Assembly (NCBI GenBank): GCA_036229005.1 | Contig: JAZAMN010000008.1 | Coordinates: 96,001-160,000 of the forward strand | Reading direction: 5' to 3' | DNA: 64,000 bases | Source: Myxococcota bacterium | GTDB lineage: Bacteria; Myxococcota_A; UBA796; CAJQPC01 | Part shown: positions 41,118 through 49,596 of the stretch, one piece after another | How positions within the stretch are numbered: the first letter of the stretch is position 1 | Layout: every line of letters begins with the position of its first letter | Program-made: the position numbers and the translations under genes | Notes under the pieces: model-generated | What the model was told of the DNA's origin: nothing | Database searches by the model: none | The model's input: the letters and a program-made list of their open reading frames with translations, nothing else

Positions 41118-41845
41118 GCGCGCTTGTTGCCCTGCCACCACCGGGCCTTGGGCAGCTCGGTGATCAGCACTTTGAGGTGGTCCTTGCCGACGGGCCAGGA
41201 CAGGGCCTTGGACTCGCCGCCGACGCGCTGGCCCTCGATGGTGGCCAGCTCGGCGATGGGCCAGCCGCGCTGGAGGGCCCGGATGCTGATCTGGTACTCG
41301 ATGGGGAAGCGCTTGACGGTGGTCTCCAGCGCCAGCAGGTCGGCCCGCCGCAGGGCGCGGAAGCCGTTGATGGTGTCGGTCACGAAGGGCTGGCCGTCGT
41401 TGAAGCAGACGTTCGCGATGCGCGTGAGGGCGCGGTTGGCCCAGGCGCGCGGCCGGAAGGGGGAGACGTCCTCTTCGTTGACGGAGCCTTCGGCAAAGCG
41501 GCTGGCGATGGCCACGCGGGCGCCACCCAGCAGCAGGTCGTCCAGGCGCTCGATGTCGGCGGGATCTTCGTTGCCGTCGGGGGAGTAGAAGACCATGCGC
41601 TCGGCGCTGGAGGCCTCTGCCGCGACGCGGAAGGCGACGCCGCGCCCGGGGATGGACTGGTCCAGGATGGGGATGCCGCGCTCGGTCAGGAACTCCCGGC
41701 TGCCGTCGGTGGAGCCGCCGTCCACGGCGACGACCTCGGAGAAGCGGTCCAGGGGGAGCGCATCCCAGCAGTCTCTCAGGCCATTGATCTCGTTGAGCAC
41801 CAAGAGGACCAGACAGCAATCGCGCACCGGGGTTTCCGTGCTCAT
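41114..41845 (-). CDS. GT2 family glycosyltransferase (DPM/GtrB-like)
   Basis: LNE, VDGGSTDGS, PDGNEDP, ASRF, TDTINGFRA. Confidence 0.9.
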   Translation of the reverse strand: MSTETPVRDCCLVLLVLNEINGLRDCWDALPLDRFSEVVAVDGGSTDGSREFLTERGIPILDQSIPGRGVAFRVAAEASSAERMVFYSPDGNEDPADIERLDDLLLGGARVAIASRFAEGSVNEEDVSPFRPRAWANRALTRIANVCFNDGQPFVTDTINGFRALRRADLLALETTVKRFPIEYQISIRALQRGWPIAELATIEGQRVGGESKALSWPVGKDHLKVLITELPKARWWQGNKRA

Positions 41846-42804
41846 GGGACCAAGCCCTCCTGGATCAGCCAGTCCGCGACCAGCTCGGCGATGGCGCGGT
41901 TGCCCGCGGCGTTGGCGTGACCGGGGTCCTGGGGCGCAAAGTACAGCCGCTCCCCGGCGCGCACCCGCTGGGCGATGGTCTCGCTGGGGTCAAGGTGCGG
42001 GATGCCCTTGTCCTGGGCCTCCAGGCGCAGCAGGCGGCGGTGCTCTTCGGTGTAGCCGGCGACCTCCAGCGGGTAGCCAAAGTGGGCGATCTCCCCGCCC
42101 CCGGCCTGCACCTTGGCCCTCAGCGCGCGCAGGTTCTCCAGGTAGTCGGCGCCCGGCACGCGGCGGGTGTTGCCGTGCTCCTTGGCCCGGGTCTGGACAG
42201 CCCCCAGGCTGGTCTGCAGCACCTGGTAGAGCCGCCACTTGTAGAGCACGTTGCTCTTGAGAAAGTCCGCTTCGCCCTGCATGACGGCCTGGGACTTGTC
42301 GGAGTAGGCGACCTCCCGGGCGTCCTGGACCACGAAGCCGGCCAGGGCCAGGTCGATGTCCATGTCGGCCAGCTCCTGGTCCCACAGCCACAGGCCCTGG
42401 AAGCTGGTGTAGCCGGGCTGCCCGGCGTTGATGACCTGCACGTCGTGCCCGCGCTCGCGCAGGATGGCCTGGAGCTGCGCGGGGTAGGTCTCGCTGTCGG
42501 CCACGCCCCAGCCAAAGGTGGTCGAGCAGCCCATGGCGGCGATGCGGAAGCTGCCGGGGCTGTCGTGGTGCGGGGGCCGGAAGCCGTGGTCGTCGGTGGA
42601 GACCGGGAAGCTGACGCCGAGCTCCTTGTGGGTCATCGGCTCGTCGACCAGGTTGTCCTCGACTTGCCAGTAGACCTTGTTGTGCTCGAAGACCGGGCGC
42701 TCGTCCTGGGTGGGCAACCCGAGCACGCGCAGCAAGACCTCGGTCCCCCCAAAGAAGAGGACCAGGACCAGCAGCGAGAAGCCCAGCCGCTTGGCGTGCT
42801 TCAC
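41842..42804 (-). CDS. SGNH/GDSL-like membrane-anchored esterase/acetyltransferase
   Basis: MGCSTTFGWG, INAGQPGY, DPGHANAAG. Confidence 0.85.
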   Translation of the reverse strand: MKHAKRLGFSLLVLVLFFGGTEVLLRVLGLPTQDERPVFEHNKVYWQVEDNLVDEPMTHKELGVSFPVSTDDHGFRPPHHDSPGSFRIAAMGCSTTFGWGVADSETYPAQLQAILRERGHDVQVINAGQPGYTSFQGLWLWDQELADMDIDLALAGFVVQDAREVAYSDKSQAVMQGEADFLKSNVLYKWRLYQVLQTSLGAVQTRAKEHGNTRRVPGADYLENLRALRAKVQAGGGEIAHFGYPLEVAGYTEEHRRLLRLEAQDKGIPHLDPSETIAQRVRAGERLYFAPQDPGHANAAGNRAIAELVADWLIQEGLVP

Positions 42805-42808
42805 CGCG

Positions 42809-43627
42809 TCAGTTGGCCGGGCTGATGGTGATGCCCGCGTGGTCGGTGATGCTGCCCGACTGGAAGTAGACGTTGTCGTAGTAGGTCGCGTCGTTGATGG
42901 CGACCATCACGCGCCCGTGGGCGATGGGCGTGTAGACCGTCTCGGAGCCGATGGGGAAGAGCTCCTCGGCGCCGTCCTCGGAGACGAAGCGGCCGATCAG
43001 CATGCCGGCGGCGCAGCCCTCGAGCTTGCAGGGGGCGTCGTCCGCGGGGGACTCGCCCAGGCCCTCGACCGTCATCCAGTCGCCCTGCTCGGAGATGCGG
43101 TACTTGTCCTGGGTGGTGCCCTCGATGCGGATGGCGTCGCCCGCGCACACGTTGACGCTGAACTGCCAGCCCGCGCCGATGTCCAGGTAGTCGAACATGG
43201 TGGCGGTCAGGGGGTTCAGGCACTCACCGGCGGTGAGCTGCTCGGGGAGCTGGCCCAGCCAGGACTTCCACGCGTCGGCTGCGGCGCCCACGCCCATGAC
43301 CTGCTTGCAGTGCTCCAGGTTCTTCTGGGCGACGGCCTCGATGCTGTCGGGGCGGCCGAGCAGGGTGGTCTCCACGTCCTCGACGTAGTTGGGGGGGAAG
43401 CTGATGCCGTCCTCCCGCGCGCCGCTCCACTGGGACTTCATCTGCTCCAGGGCCTCCTGGCGGGCCAGGCGCCTGGCCGAGGTGCCCTCCGTGCTCTGCA
43501 CCTGCTCGAAGTCGGGCGGGAAGTAGCACTGGCCCTTCCAGCCCTCCTCCGCGTGCCAGCCGACGGGCGGCGGCGCGGGCTCGGTGTTCTTGTCTCCGCA
43601 GGCGACGAAGAGGGAGAAGAGCAGCAT
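42809..43627 (-). CDS. Hypothetical lipoprotein
   Basis: GGAGG + MLLFSLFVAC; beta-rich C-terminus (GMLIGRF, AIND). Confidence 0.7.
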   Translation of the reverse strand: MLLFSLFVACGDKNTEPAPPPVGWHAEEGWKGQCYFPPDFEQVQSTEGTSARRLARQEALEQMKSQWSGAREDGISFPPNYVEDVETTLLGRPDSIEAVAQKNLEHCKQVMGVGAAADAWKSWLGQLPEQLTAGECLNPLTATMFDYLDIGAGWQFSVNVCAGDAIRIEGTTQDKYRISEQGDWMTVEGLGESPADDAPCKLEGCAAGMLIGRFVSEDGAEELFPIGSETVYTPIAHGRVMVAINDATYYDNVYFQSGSITDHAGITISPAN

Positions 43628-43719
43628 GAGGACCTCCAGGGTGGGGACCTTATCCCAGCGGGCCGGTGGGCACACGCGGTGGGTCTGTACTCTGGGCGCC
43701 AGCGAGGAGCTGCTGGCGC

Positions 43720-44337
43720 TCACCAGCCCCCTTGGAACAGGACCCGGGGCCCGCTCCAGGCGTCTTCGTTGGTCCATTGTTGGGCCACCAGCAGGCGTCC
43801 GCTGTCGGAGCCTCCGCTCACCAGGGCGTGGATTCCGTACCAGTCCGGGCGGTCGCTGGTGCTGTCCAGGGCGTACTGAGCCTGCCGCTGCGCCAATATC
43901 CACTCCCTGGCTTGAGGGTCCGGGGAGTCGTCGGGTCCGGATGTGAACCCCAGCTCGAAGTGAGGAGCGTCAGGCGTGCCAGAGAGCTGACCGAGGCCCT
44001 GGATGCGGAAGGGGGCCTCGTCCGCGAGGGTGAGCGCCAGCTGTACGGGGACCACCAGACGCTCCTGGCAGTCGTGCGCCGAGGTCACCAGCTCCGGGGT
44101 GGCGGAGAGCTCGCCGATGTGCAGGACGGGCTCGAAGGAGATGCCCGCGGGGGGACCCCATTCCTCGCTCCAGGCGACCGGCAGAGGCAGGGTCTCAGGC
44201 AGGGCGGCGTGGAGTTGTTGGGCCGAGAAGCCCAGGGAGGACACCTCCTCCTGTCCCAGCACCTCCGAGCTGCCTGGGCACGCAGGCTCTGGGGCCGGGG
44301 GGAAGCCTGGGCTGCAGGCGAGCAGGAGCCACATCAT
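43720..44337 (-). CDS. Hypothetical lipoprotein
   Basis: MMWLLLAC; ATGA overlap with upstream gene. Confidence 0.65.
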   Translation of the reverse strand: MMWLLLACSPGFPPAPEPACPGSSEVLGQEEVSSLGFSAQQLHAALPETLPLPVAWSEEWGPPAGISFEPVLHIGELSATPELVTSAHDCQERLVVPVQLALTLADEAPFRIQGLGQLSGTPDAPHFELGFTSGPDDSPDPQAREWILAQRQAQYALDSTSDRPDWYGIHALVSGGSDSGRLLVAQQWTNEDAWSGPRVLFQGGW

Positions 44338-44963
44338 GGCGCCTCCCGGCTGACCACCAGCCCTTGGAGGTTGGCGCTCGCGATGCGCTCAGGGCTGCCC
44401 AGCCAGTAGACGGAGAGCTGACCGATGTCGGCGCTCCCTTCGAGGGTCAGCCCCACCCCGTAGCGTTCGTTGTCTCGGTCTGGGAACGCGGTCTCGTAGG
44501 CAGAGCTGTACCCCGTCTCCTGGTCGTCGGAGAAGAAGAGGGTCCAGTCTTCCGGGCGGGGGCCAAAGACGCGGATCTCGCCATCGGCGTCGACGGTCTG
44601 TTGGACACTGTCCCCGTGACCGCTCTCCCAGATCCCCCCGTTGTCCAGGGCCAGGGTCCAGGAGAAGGGCACGGACAGGTGCTCGCCACAGTCCCAGGAC
44701 TCCCGGAGCATGGGGGGCGCGTTGGACTCCAGCGTGAGGGTCCACCCGGTGCCCCACTCGGCGCCAGGGTGCTCGGAGACCGCCGCCAGCCCGCCGATCG
44801 CTGCGTAGCGCGTGGTGCCTTCCCAGTGGTCCACCACCTGTTGGGCGGTGCCCCCTTGGAAGGGGGTGTCCCAGCCCGTCTCGGTCGCGGAGAAGTCGCA
44901 GTCCCAGGGGGGCTCAGAGCGCTCCTGGATCCAAGCGCAGGACGAGAGGAGTAGGAGCGTCAT
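44334..44963 (-). CDS. Hypothetical lipoprotein
   Basis: GAGG + MTLLLLSSC. Confidence 0.65.
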   Translation of the reverse strand: MTLLLLSSCAWIQERSEPPWDCDFSATETGWDTPFQGGTAQQVVDHWEGTTRYAAIGGLAAVSEHPGAEWGTGWTLTLESNAPPMLRESWDCGEHLSVPFSWTLALDNGGIWESGHGDSVQQTVDADGEIRVFGPRPEDWTLFFSDDQETGYSSAYETAFPDRDNERYGVGLTLEGSADIGQLSVYWLGSPERIASANLQGLVVSREAP

Positions 44964-44973
44964 TGGGTACCCT

Positions 44974-46497
44974 CTAGTCCGCCTCGGGCAGGGCAGCACA
45001 CTGGGAAATGATCTCGCTTCTCCACTCTGCGATTCGGGGCCCCCGCATGTGGGTAATGCCCCAGCTATCGTAGTAGGCACTGGACACAACGGCCGTAACG
45101 AATCTGGTACCGCCAGGGCTTCTCCCGTCCCAGAACACCGGTCCGCCGGAGTCGGCTGAGCCAAACATCAGGTCGAATGCGATACTCTCCCGGTATACGG
45201 CGTCAACGAAGACATCACCGTCTTCGCGGTGGTAGAGGGCTCGCCCGTGGCTTCCGCCCTGATCCCCTTTGGCATATCGGAAGTTGTCGCACTTCTCGTC
45301 CCAAACTGGGTCGGTCTCTTCCACGATGGGATTGTTCTCGCCTCCGACGGTCTGGCACTGATTCAGGGGACCCGCCAAGACAGGGGCAGCGAGGAGCTCT
45401 GGTTCGAAAACGGGATCGAATAGGTCTTCCCACTGCGACAACACCATGATGGTTGCTTCGGTTTGGTCCGTGGAGATCAGCGGGGCCTGCAACCGGATAA
45501 GCGCCCAGTCTCGCCAGGGGAGGGTTGTATCTCCGAAGGCGTAGTCACTTGGATCGATCGAGATTGCGTGTTGTGAGTTGACGCATGCGCCATTCATGCC
45601 ACGCAGGTTTCCGCGGGTACACCATTCCTGGTGAGTCATGTCCTGACGGACCTCTCGACCATCTCGAAGACCGAGTACGCAATGACGTGCTGTCAGCAAG
45701 ACATCGGGTTCGATCAGAACGCCGGAGCAGTAGTCGTCTGTGGCTACTGCGTCAGTCTCCTCCGGAACGACCTGACTGGGTTGCTGGATTTTGGTGTACC
45801 AACTTGAAGATGGAGATGCCAGATCGCCTCGGAATCGGCTCGTGATGAAGACACCGTCGTGCTGCGGATACTGGTGCCACCAAGTGTCGTACTGGGCTCC
45901 GGGGGCCAGCAGGCCGCTGGTCAACCATCCTGGAGCGAACCGGAGGTACTCCCAACTGTCTCCCGGACCGAACCCGGGCTCTGCCGGATACGAGGAGGCG
46001 ACGGGTCCCTCCACGTCTGAGGGATGGGTGGCGTTGTAGTCCTGTACCACTTGGTTCACCTTGGAGAGGTCCACAGCTACGGCCTTGAAAAGGTGCCCGT
46101 CAGCATCCCACATCTCGCTCTTTAGAAGGAGATCGTGGGAAGATGGACGCGCCGGGGGGATGACTGTCTCGTCCATGATCAAACGACCTTGGGGGACCAA
46201 CTCATCCACGAACACCGCTGGGCCGACGTACTCCCAGGTGATTGGGCCCAACTCTATCTGCTCTCCAAGTTGGTAGCGATCGGCCGTTGACAGAGTGTAA
46301 GTACCGTCAGCGTTGTAGATCCGGTTGCTCTCGTCGACAGGGTCTGGTTGTCCGGTGTCGGAATGTAGGTCGGAGACCTGCCAACCCGTGTCGAATTCGC
46401 TCTCGGCACTGCCCGATGAAGCTACGATAAGCCCCGTCACCGCCGTCATGGCTGCGACCGCAAGTGCCGAGAAATCACCGATGAGGTTTCTGCCCAC
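44974..46497 (-). CDS. Secreted trypsin-like (S1) serine protease
   Basis: CSGVLI...LTARHC, DWALIRL, ADSGGP catalytic triad; atypical lower-GC codon usage; GTG start inferred. Confidence 0.8.
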   Translation of the reverse strand: MGRNLIGDFSALAVAAMTAVTGLIVASSGSAESEFDTGWQVSDLHSDTGQPDPVDESNRIYNADGTYTLSTADRYQLGEQIELGPITWEYVGPAVFVDELVPQGRLIMDETVIPPARPSSHDLLLKSEMWDADGHLFKAVAVDLSKVNQVVQDYNATHPSDVEGPVASSYPAEPGFGPGDSWEYLRFAPGWLTSGLLAPGAQYDTWWHQYPQHDGVFITSRFRGDLASPSSSWYTKIQQPSQVVPEETDAVATDDYCSGVLIEPDVLLTARHCVLGLRDGREVRQDMTHQEWCTRGNLRGMNGACVNSQHAISIDPSDYAFGDTTLPWRDWALIRLQAPLISTDQTEATIMVLSQWEDLFDPVFEPELLAAPVLAGPLNQCQTVGGENNPIVEETDPVWDEKCDNFRYAKGDQGGSHGRALYHREDGDVFVDAVYRESIAFDLMFGSADSGGPVFWDGRSPGGTRFVTAVVSSAYYDSWGITHMRGPRIAEWRSEIISQCAALPEAD

Positions 46498-46572
46498 CTT
46501 GCCCCCTTCGTTCGCTTTGGATGTAGGGACTGTTTCACGTCGGAGGCAGGCTGTCCGGCACACCCCAGAGCA

Positions 46573-46620
46573 CAAAAGGCCCCCGGGCAAGCGCCCGAGA
46601 GCCTCTCGATGCCGGGGCCT
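46573..46620 (-). terminator. Intrinsic terminator after atpE
   Basis: AGGCCCCGGCA...TGCCCGGGGGCCT stem followed by TTTGTG on the minus strand. Confidence 0.55.
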
Positions 46621-46639
46621 GGCCCCGAAGGCCGGGAGC

Positions 46640-46957
46640 TTAGAGCTTGCCCAGGGCCAGGAAGCCGAAGCCGAAGGTGAAGAGCACCAGGGTCTCGATG
46701 AAGACCAGGGCGATCAGCATCGGGGTCTGGATCTTGCCAGCAGCCTGGGGGTTGCGAGCGATGCCCTCGAGGGCGGCGGAAGCAGCGCGGCCCTGGCCCA
46801 TGCCACAGATGGCAGCAGCCAGACCCATGCCGAGCATGGCGCCGACGACGCCCAGGCCAGCGCCGGAGCCGCCAGCAGCGTCCTCAGCGAGGGCGGGGGA
46901 GGAGATGAGGAAGAGGCCGAGCATGGTGGCGGCGACCTTCAGGGACTTGGACTGCAT
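46640..46957 (-). CDS. atpE: ATP synthase F0 subunit c
   Basis: GMGLAA..CGMGQG, IARNP, FIETL. Confidence 0.95.
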   Translation of the reverse strand: MQSKSLKVAATMLGLFLISSPALAEDAAGGSGAGLGVVGAMLGMGLAAAICGMGQGRAASAALEGIARNPQAAGKIQTPMLIALVFIETLVLFTFGFGFLALGKL

Positions 46958-47023
46958 GGTGTCTCCAAGGGCAGGCTCAGCCAGGCTGAGCAGTAAGAAA
47001 GGGGTTGAGAGAAGAAAGGGGAA

Positions 47024-47791
47024 TCAGTGGTGGTCGCCGTCGCCGACCGCCAGGGCGATGTAGACGACGGTGAGCAGCATGAAGACGAAGGCCTGGACGA
47101 AGGACACGAAGGCGCCGAGTCCGACGAAGAACGCGGGGGCCAGGATGCCGTGGGTCAGGTAGCTGGACACGCCCAGGAGCAGGTGGTCGGCGAACATGTT
47201 GATGTAGAGCCGGACCGACAGGGTCATGGGGCGCAGGAGCACGGAGAAGAGCTCGACCGCGAAGATGAAGGGCGCCAGGGCCAGCATGGGACCGGCCATG
47301 TGGGCCAGGTAGGCCTTGAGCCCGATCTCCTTGATGCCGGCGTAGTTGAACATCACGAACACCACCAGGGCCACGGCCATGTTGGTGCTGATGACGCCGG
47401 TGCTGGCCAGGAAGCCGGGGACGAGGCCCAGCAGGTTGGAGACCAGGATGTAGGTGAAGACGCTGCCGAAGAGCGGGAAGTAGCGGGTCGCCAGGTCCCG
47501 GCTGTTCAGGACGTTCTCGGCGAAGCTCAGCAGGCCGTCCACCAGCATCTCACCGGCGTTGCGGGGGCCCAGACCGGTGTCGGGCACGTACTGCTGGTTG
47601 CCACCCTTGGCGATGGCCTTGTTCAGGCCGGCGCGGGCCATCAGGGCGAACACGGCGATGATGGCGAACACCAGCCAGGCGGTGGGGATCGCGTAGGCGC
47701 CGACGGCCTCGTCGTGGCCGACGTGCAGGGGCTCAAGGACGCTGCCGTCTTCGAAGCCGGGGAGGAGGTAGAACCAGGAGTAGTTGTACAT
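47024..47791 (-). CDS. atpB: ATP synthase F0 subunit a
   Basis: NLLGLVPG, RPMTLSVRLYINM, FVQAFVFMLL; ATG 47791. Confidence 0.95.
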   Translation of the reverse strand: MYNYSWFYLLPGFEDGSVLEPLHVGHDEAVGAYAIPTAWLVFAIIAVFALMARAGLNKAIAKGGNQQYVPDTGLGPRNAGEMLVDGLLSFAENVLNSRDLATRYFPLFGSVFTYILVSNLLGLVPGFLASTGVISTNMAVALVVFVMFNYAGIKEIGLKAYLAHMAGPMLALAPFIFAVELFSVLLRPMTLSVRLYINMFADHLLLGVSSYLTHGILAPAFFVGLGAFVSFVQAFVFMLLTVVYIALAVGDGDHH

Positions 47792-47792
47792 C

Positions 47793-48194
47793 TCAGGCCT
47801 CCTGGGCCGGGTCGGGGACAACGAAGAGGGAGGTGACGGAGCGCAGGCTCAGCGCGGCGACCACGCTGGCGAGTCCGCCCATGATCCAGATCCCGTTCAG
47901 GAGCTGGAAGAGCCCAAAGAGCAGGACCGCGGAGAGCAGGGTCTTGACCAGCAGTCCGGCGATCATGGGGCCGGCAGCGGGGGTCTCGGAGCCCTCCGGG
48001 GCGGCCGCGATGGCGGTCATGCGCTTGACCACCTGGGCGATGAGGAAGAGGTTCCCCAGGCCGAGCAGCCCACCGGAGAGCACCGCGAGCGCGGGCGTCT
48101 GCAGACCCTGCCAGCCACCGTAGATGGCTGCGCCCACGACGAACAGAGCCATCACGATGGCGCTGTCTCGGAAGATGGTCTGGGTGTTGAGCAT
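47793..48194 (-). CDS. atpI: ATP synthase subunit I-like membrane protein
   Basis: Four hydrophobic segments, directly upstream of atpB. Confidence 0.7.
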   Translation of the reverse strand: MLNTQTIFRDSAIVMALFVVGAAIYGGWQGLQTPALAVLSGGLLGLGNLFLIAQVVKRMTAIAAAPEGSETPAAGPMIAGLLVKTLLSAVLLFGLFQLLNGIWIMGGLASVVAALSLRSVTSLFVVPDPAQEA

Positions 48195-48304
48195 CGGGAC
48201 GCTGAGGGGCTCCAGGAGGGTCGCTTTGAGACCCCCCTCTCAAGGAGGGGGCGTGAGGTAGCACGGGGGCTTGTGGCCGTCAACAGCGCGGCCCCGGGCC
48301 GGGA

Positions 48305-49570
48305 TCAGCTCTGGTGGAGGACCTGGTCCAGGGCCTCGGTCATGGCGGTCGCGATCCGCTCCAGATCGGCGTCTTCCAGGGTCAAGGGGAGGAAGGCGGC
48401 CTCATACTGCGAGCAGGGCAGGTACACCCCCCGGTCCAGGCAGGCCCGGTGCCACTTGCCGAAGGCCTCCAGGTCGCACGAGGCCACCTGATCCACCCGC
48501 GTGGGGGCGCTGTCCCGGAAGAACACGGTGATCATGCTGCCTACCCGGCTCAGGGAGAGCCCGTAGCGGGCGATCGCGGGCTGCAGGCGGGCCTCCAGGC
48601 CAGCGCCGATCTCCTCCAGCCGCTCGTAGGTGCCGGGGGCCCGGAGCTGGGCCAGGGTGGCGCGTCCAGCCGCCACCGCCAGGGGGTTTCCGCTCAGGGT
48701 GCCGGCCTGGTAGATGCTGCCCACGGGGGAGAGCTGCTGCATCAGCTCGGCCTTGCCGCCGAAGGCCGCCAGGGGCAGGCCGCCGCCGATGATCTTGCCC
48801 ATGCAGACCAGATCCGGGGTCACGCCGAAGCGCTCGCCGGCGCCGCCGTAGGCCAGGCGGAAGCCGGTCATCACCTCGTCGAAGATCAGGATCGTCCCGG
48901 TCTCGTTGCAGACTCGGCGCAGACCCTCCAGGTAGCCGGGCTCGGGGGGGATGCAGCCCATGTTGCCGGCCACGGGCTCCAGGATCACGGCGGCCACGGG
49001 CTGCCGGCGCAGGTGCGCTTCGACCGCGGCCAGGTCGTTGTAGGGCGCGGTGAGGGTGGCGGGCGCCAGGATGCCGGGGCTGGAGGGGCTGCCGAAGGTG
49101 GCCAGGCCGCTGCCAGCGGACACCAGCACGCTGTCGTGGGCGCCGTGGTAGTTGCCGTCCAGCTTGACGATGGGCTCCCGGCCGGTGGCCCCGCGCGCCA
49201 GGCGGATGGCGTGCATGGTGGCCTCGGTGCCGGAGCTGACCATGCGGACCTGCTCGACGGCGGGCACGGCGTCGATGATCTCCTGGGCGAACTCGACCTC
49301 GGCGGCGGTGGGCGCGCCGTAGGAGGTCCCGAGCTCGAGCTGCGCGGCGATGGCGGCCTTCACGGCGGGGTGGCCGTGGCCCAGGATCATGGGGCCCCAG
49401 CTCCCGACCAGGTCGGTGTACTGCTTGCCCTCCACGTCCCAGAGGAAGTGGCCCTGGGCCTTCGCGATGAAGGGCGGGTCCCCGACCACGGCCTTGAAGG
49501 CCCGCACAGGGCTGTTCACGCCGCCGGGGATGAGGGTCTTGGCGCGCTCGAAGATCTCGGTGTTCCGCAC
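48305..49570 (-). CDS. hemL: Glutamate-1-semialdehyde 2,1-aminomutase
   Basis: IPGGVNSPVRAF, SGTEATM, YHG, EPVAGNMG, FDEVMTGFR, GKIIGGGLP, YQAGTLSGNP; AGGAGG + GTG. Confidence 0.98.
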   Translation of the reverse strand: MRNTEIFERAKTLIPGGVNSPVRAFKAVVGDPPFIAKAQGHFLWDVEGKQYTDLVGSWGPMILGHGHPAVKAAIAAQLELGTSYGAPTAAEVEFAQEIIDAVPAVEQVRMVSSGTEATMHAIRLARGATGREPIVKLDGNYHGAHDSVLVSAGSGLATFGSPSSPGILAPATLTAPYNDLAAVEAHLRRQPVAAVILEPVAGNMGCIPPEPGYLEGLRRVCNETGTILIFDEVMTGFRLAYGGAGERFGVTPDLVCMGKIIGGGLPLAAFGGKAELMQQLSPVGSIYQAGTLSGNPLAVAAGRATLAQLRAPGTYERLEEIGAGLEARLQPAIARYGLSLSRVGSMITVFFRDSAPTRVDQVASCDLEAFGKWHRACLDRGVYLPCSQYEAAFLPLTLEDADLERIATAMTEALDQVLHQS

Positions 49571-49596
49571 GGGGGGCCTCCTGACTGCCGCCGGGT

